From the IMG/VR virus record IMGVR_UViG_3300006928_000001, positions 43,824 through 107,823 of that record: a stretch of DNA of 64,000 nucleotides; one strand, written 5' to 3'. Below are positions 63,418 through 64,000 of the stretch, piece after piece. Every line of letters begins with the position of its first letter. The first letter of the stretch is position 1. The stretch is from a virus. Below the pieces are notes generated by a model. The model saw only the letters and a list, made by a program, of their open reading frames with translations. It had not been told where the DNA came from and searched no databases. The position numbers and the translations under genes were made by a program.

Positions 63418-64000
63418 CAGTCGCGTCAGCGAATGTCAAAGTTTGCGAAGAATCAAGTAGACTGCTGTAATCAACACCACACTCTCCGCTTGGGCATTCC
63501 AACGCGGAGAGTACTTGCATGGGCTTGCTTCGGTCACGGTACACAGTAGTTCCTGGAATACCCATCTTCCAAGACAATCGGTATGCATGCTCAACGTCTT
63601 CGATAGACGCGTCATTCGGCATGTTGATAGTTTTGCTCACGCTCATGCATGTAAACGCACAGACTGCGGCCTGCATACGAACGTGCTCAACAGCAGAAAG
63701 TTTGTTAGCCGTAATCATCCACGGCTTACCTCGGTGCTCATCTGTGTGCCAAAGGTCATGGTAGGTGATGTCCTTTCCAGCGCTATCAGTACGCTTGATG
63801 CCCCAATCAAATGGAGGCTCCAGTCCACCAGAAATCGTTACTGGTGTATCAGCCCCAATAGCACGGGTCATTGTCCATCCAGCGATCATAGAGATCGTTC
63901 CAGTTGGGGCGACCGAAGTTACGCACGTATTGGTTGCGTATTCACCAGCTTGAGTTCGCTTAATGAGCGAATTCCAACGGTCTAGATGACTCTGAGGACA
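63410..64000 (-). CDS. nrdJ: Ribonucleotide reductase large subunit, C-terminal part (probably class II)
   Basis: VAPTGTISMIAG, GLEP, HVRMQAA, SVSKTINMP, GTTVYRD, CPSGEC; frame open to the window end. Confidence 0.8.
   Translation of the reverse strand, partial: CPQSHLDRWNSLIKRTQAGEYATNTCVTSVAPTGTISMIAGWTMTRAIGADTPVTISGGLEPPFDWGIKRTDSAGKDITYHDLWHTDEHRGKPWMITANKLSAVEHVRMQAAVCAFTCMSVSKTINMPNDASIEDVEHAYRLSWKMGIPGTTVYRDRSKPMQVLSALECPSGECGVDYSSLLDSSQTLTFADATAK

Noticed and set aside
1-64000. CRISPR array, diversity-generating retroelement, integrase or rRNA
   Set aside because: No regularly spaced direct repeats, reverse transcriptase, TR/VR pair, recombinase or rRNA-like sequence seen by eye
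1-64000. Stop-codon reassignment
   Set aside because: Core genes are full length and densely packed under the standard code, and TAA, TAG and TGA are all used as stops

Overview
This window is about 64 kb of a large contractile-tailed (myovirus-type) bacteriophage genome, with two divergent arms that meet near 33 kb. The leftward arm (1-32.9 kb) carries, from the left: primase, SSB-like protein, SNF2-type helicase, a coupled TM-GAF-like plus CheY-like receiver gene pair, a TerS-like gene, an MBD4-like glycosylase and an orphan beta-helix protein. After these come about 50 small early-type ORFs, including SspB-like, bL12-like, wHTH, DnaJ-type Zn-finger, lipoprotein peptidase and AAA_33 kinase genes. 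The same arm holds a 188-nt tRNA-like RNA, an AT-rich element flanked by inverted repeats (candidate origin) and a hairpin-rich, GATC-free region that may be the genome end. The rightward arm (33.2-63.4 kb) carries a fused C5-cytosine methyltransferase, nucleotide-sanitising and repair genes, and a head-neck-tail module (XkdF-like protease, capsid, sheath, tube, frameshifted tail chaperone, tape measure, hub). It ends with a lysis cassette containing a GH46-like endolysin, which converges on the 3' end of a ribonucleotide reductase. Several accessory proteins resemble myxobacterial families, suggesting a Myxococcota-type host (inference). All family calls come from motif recognition by eye, not from database searches.
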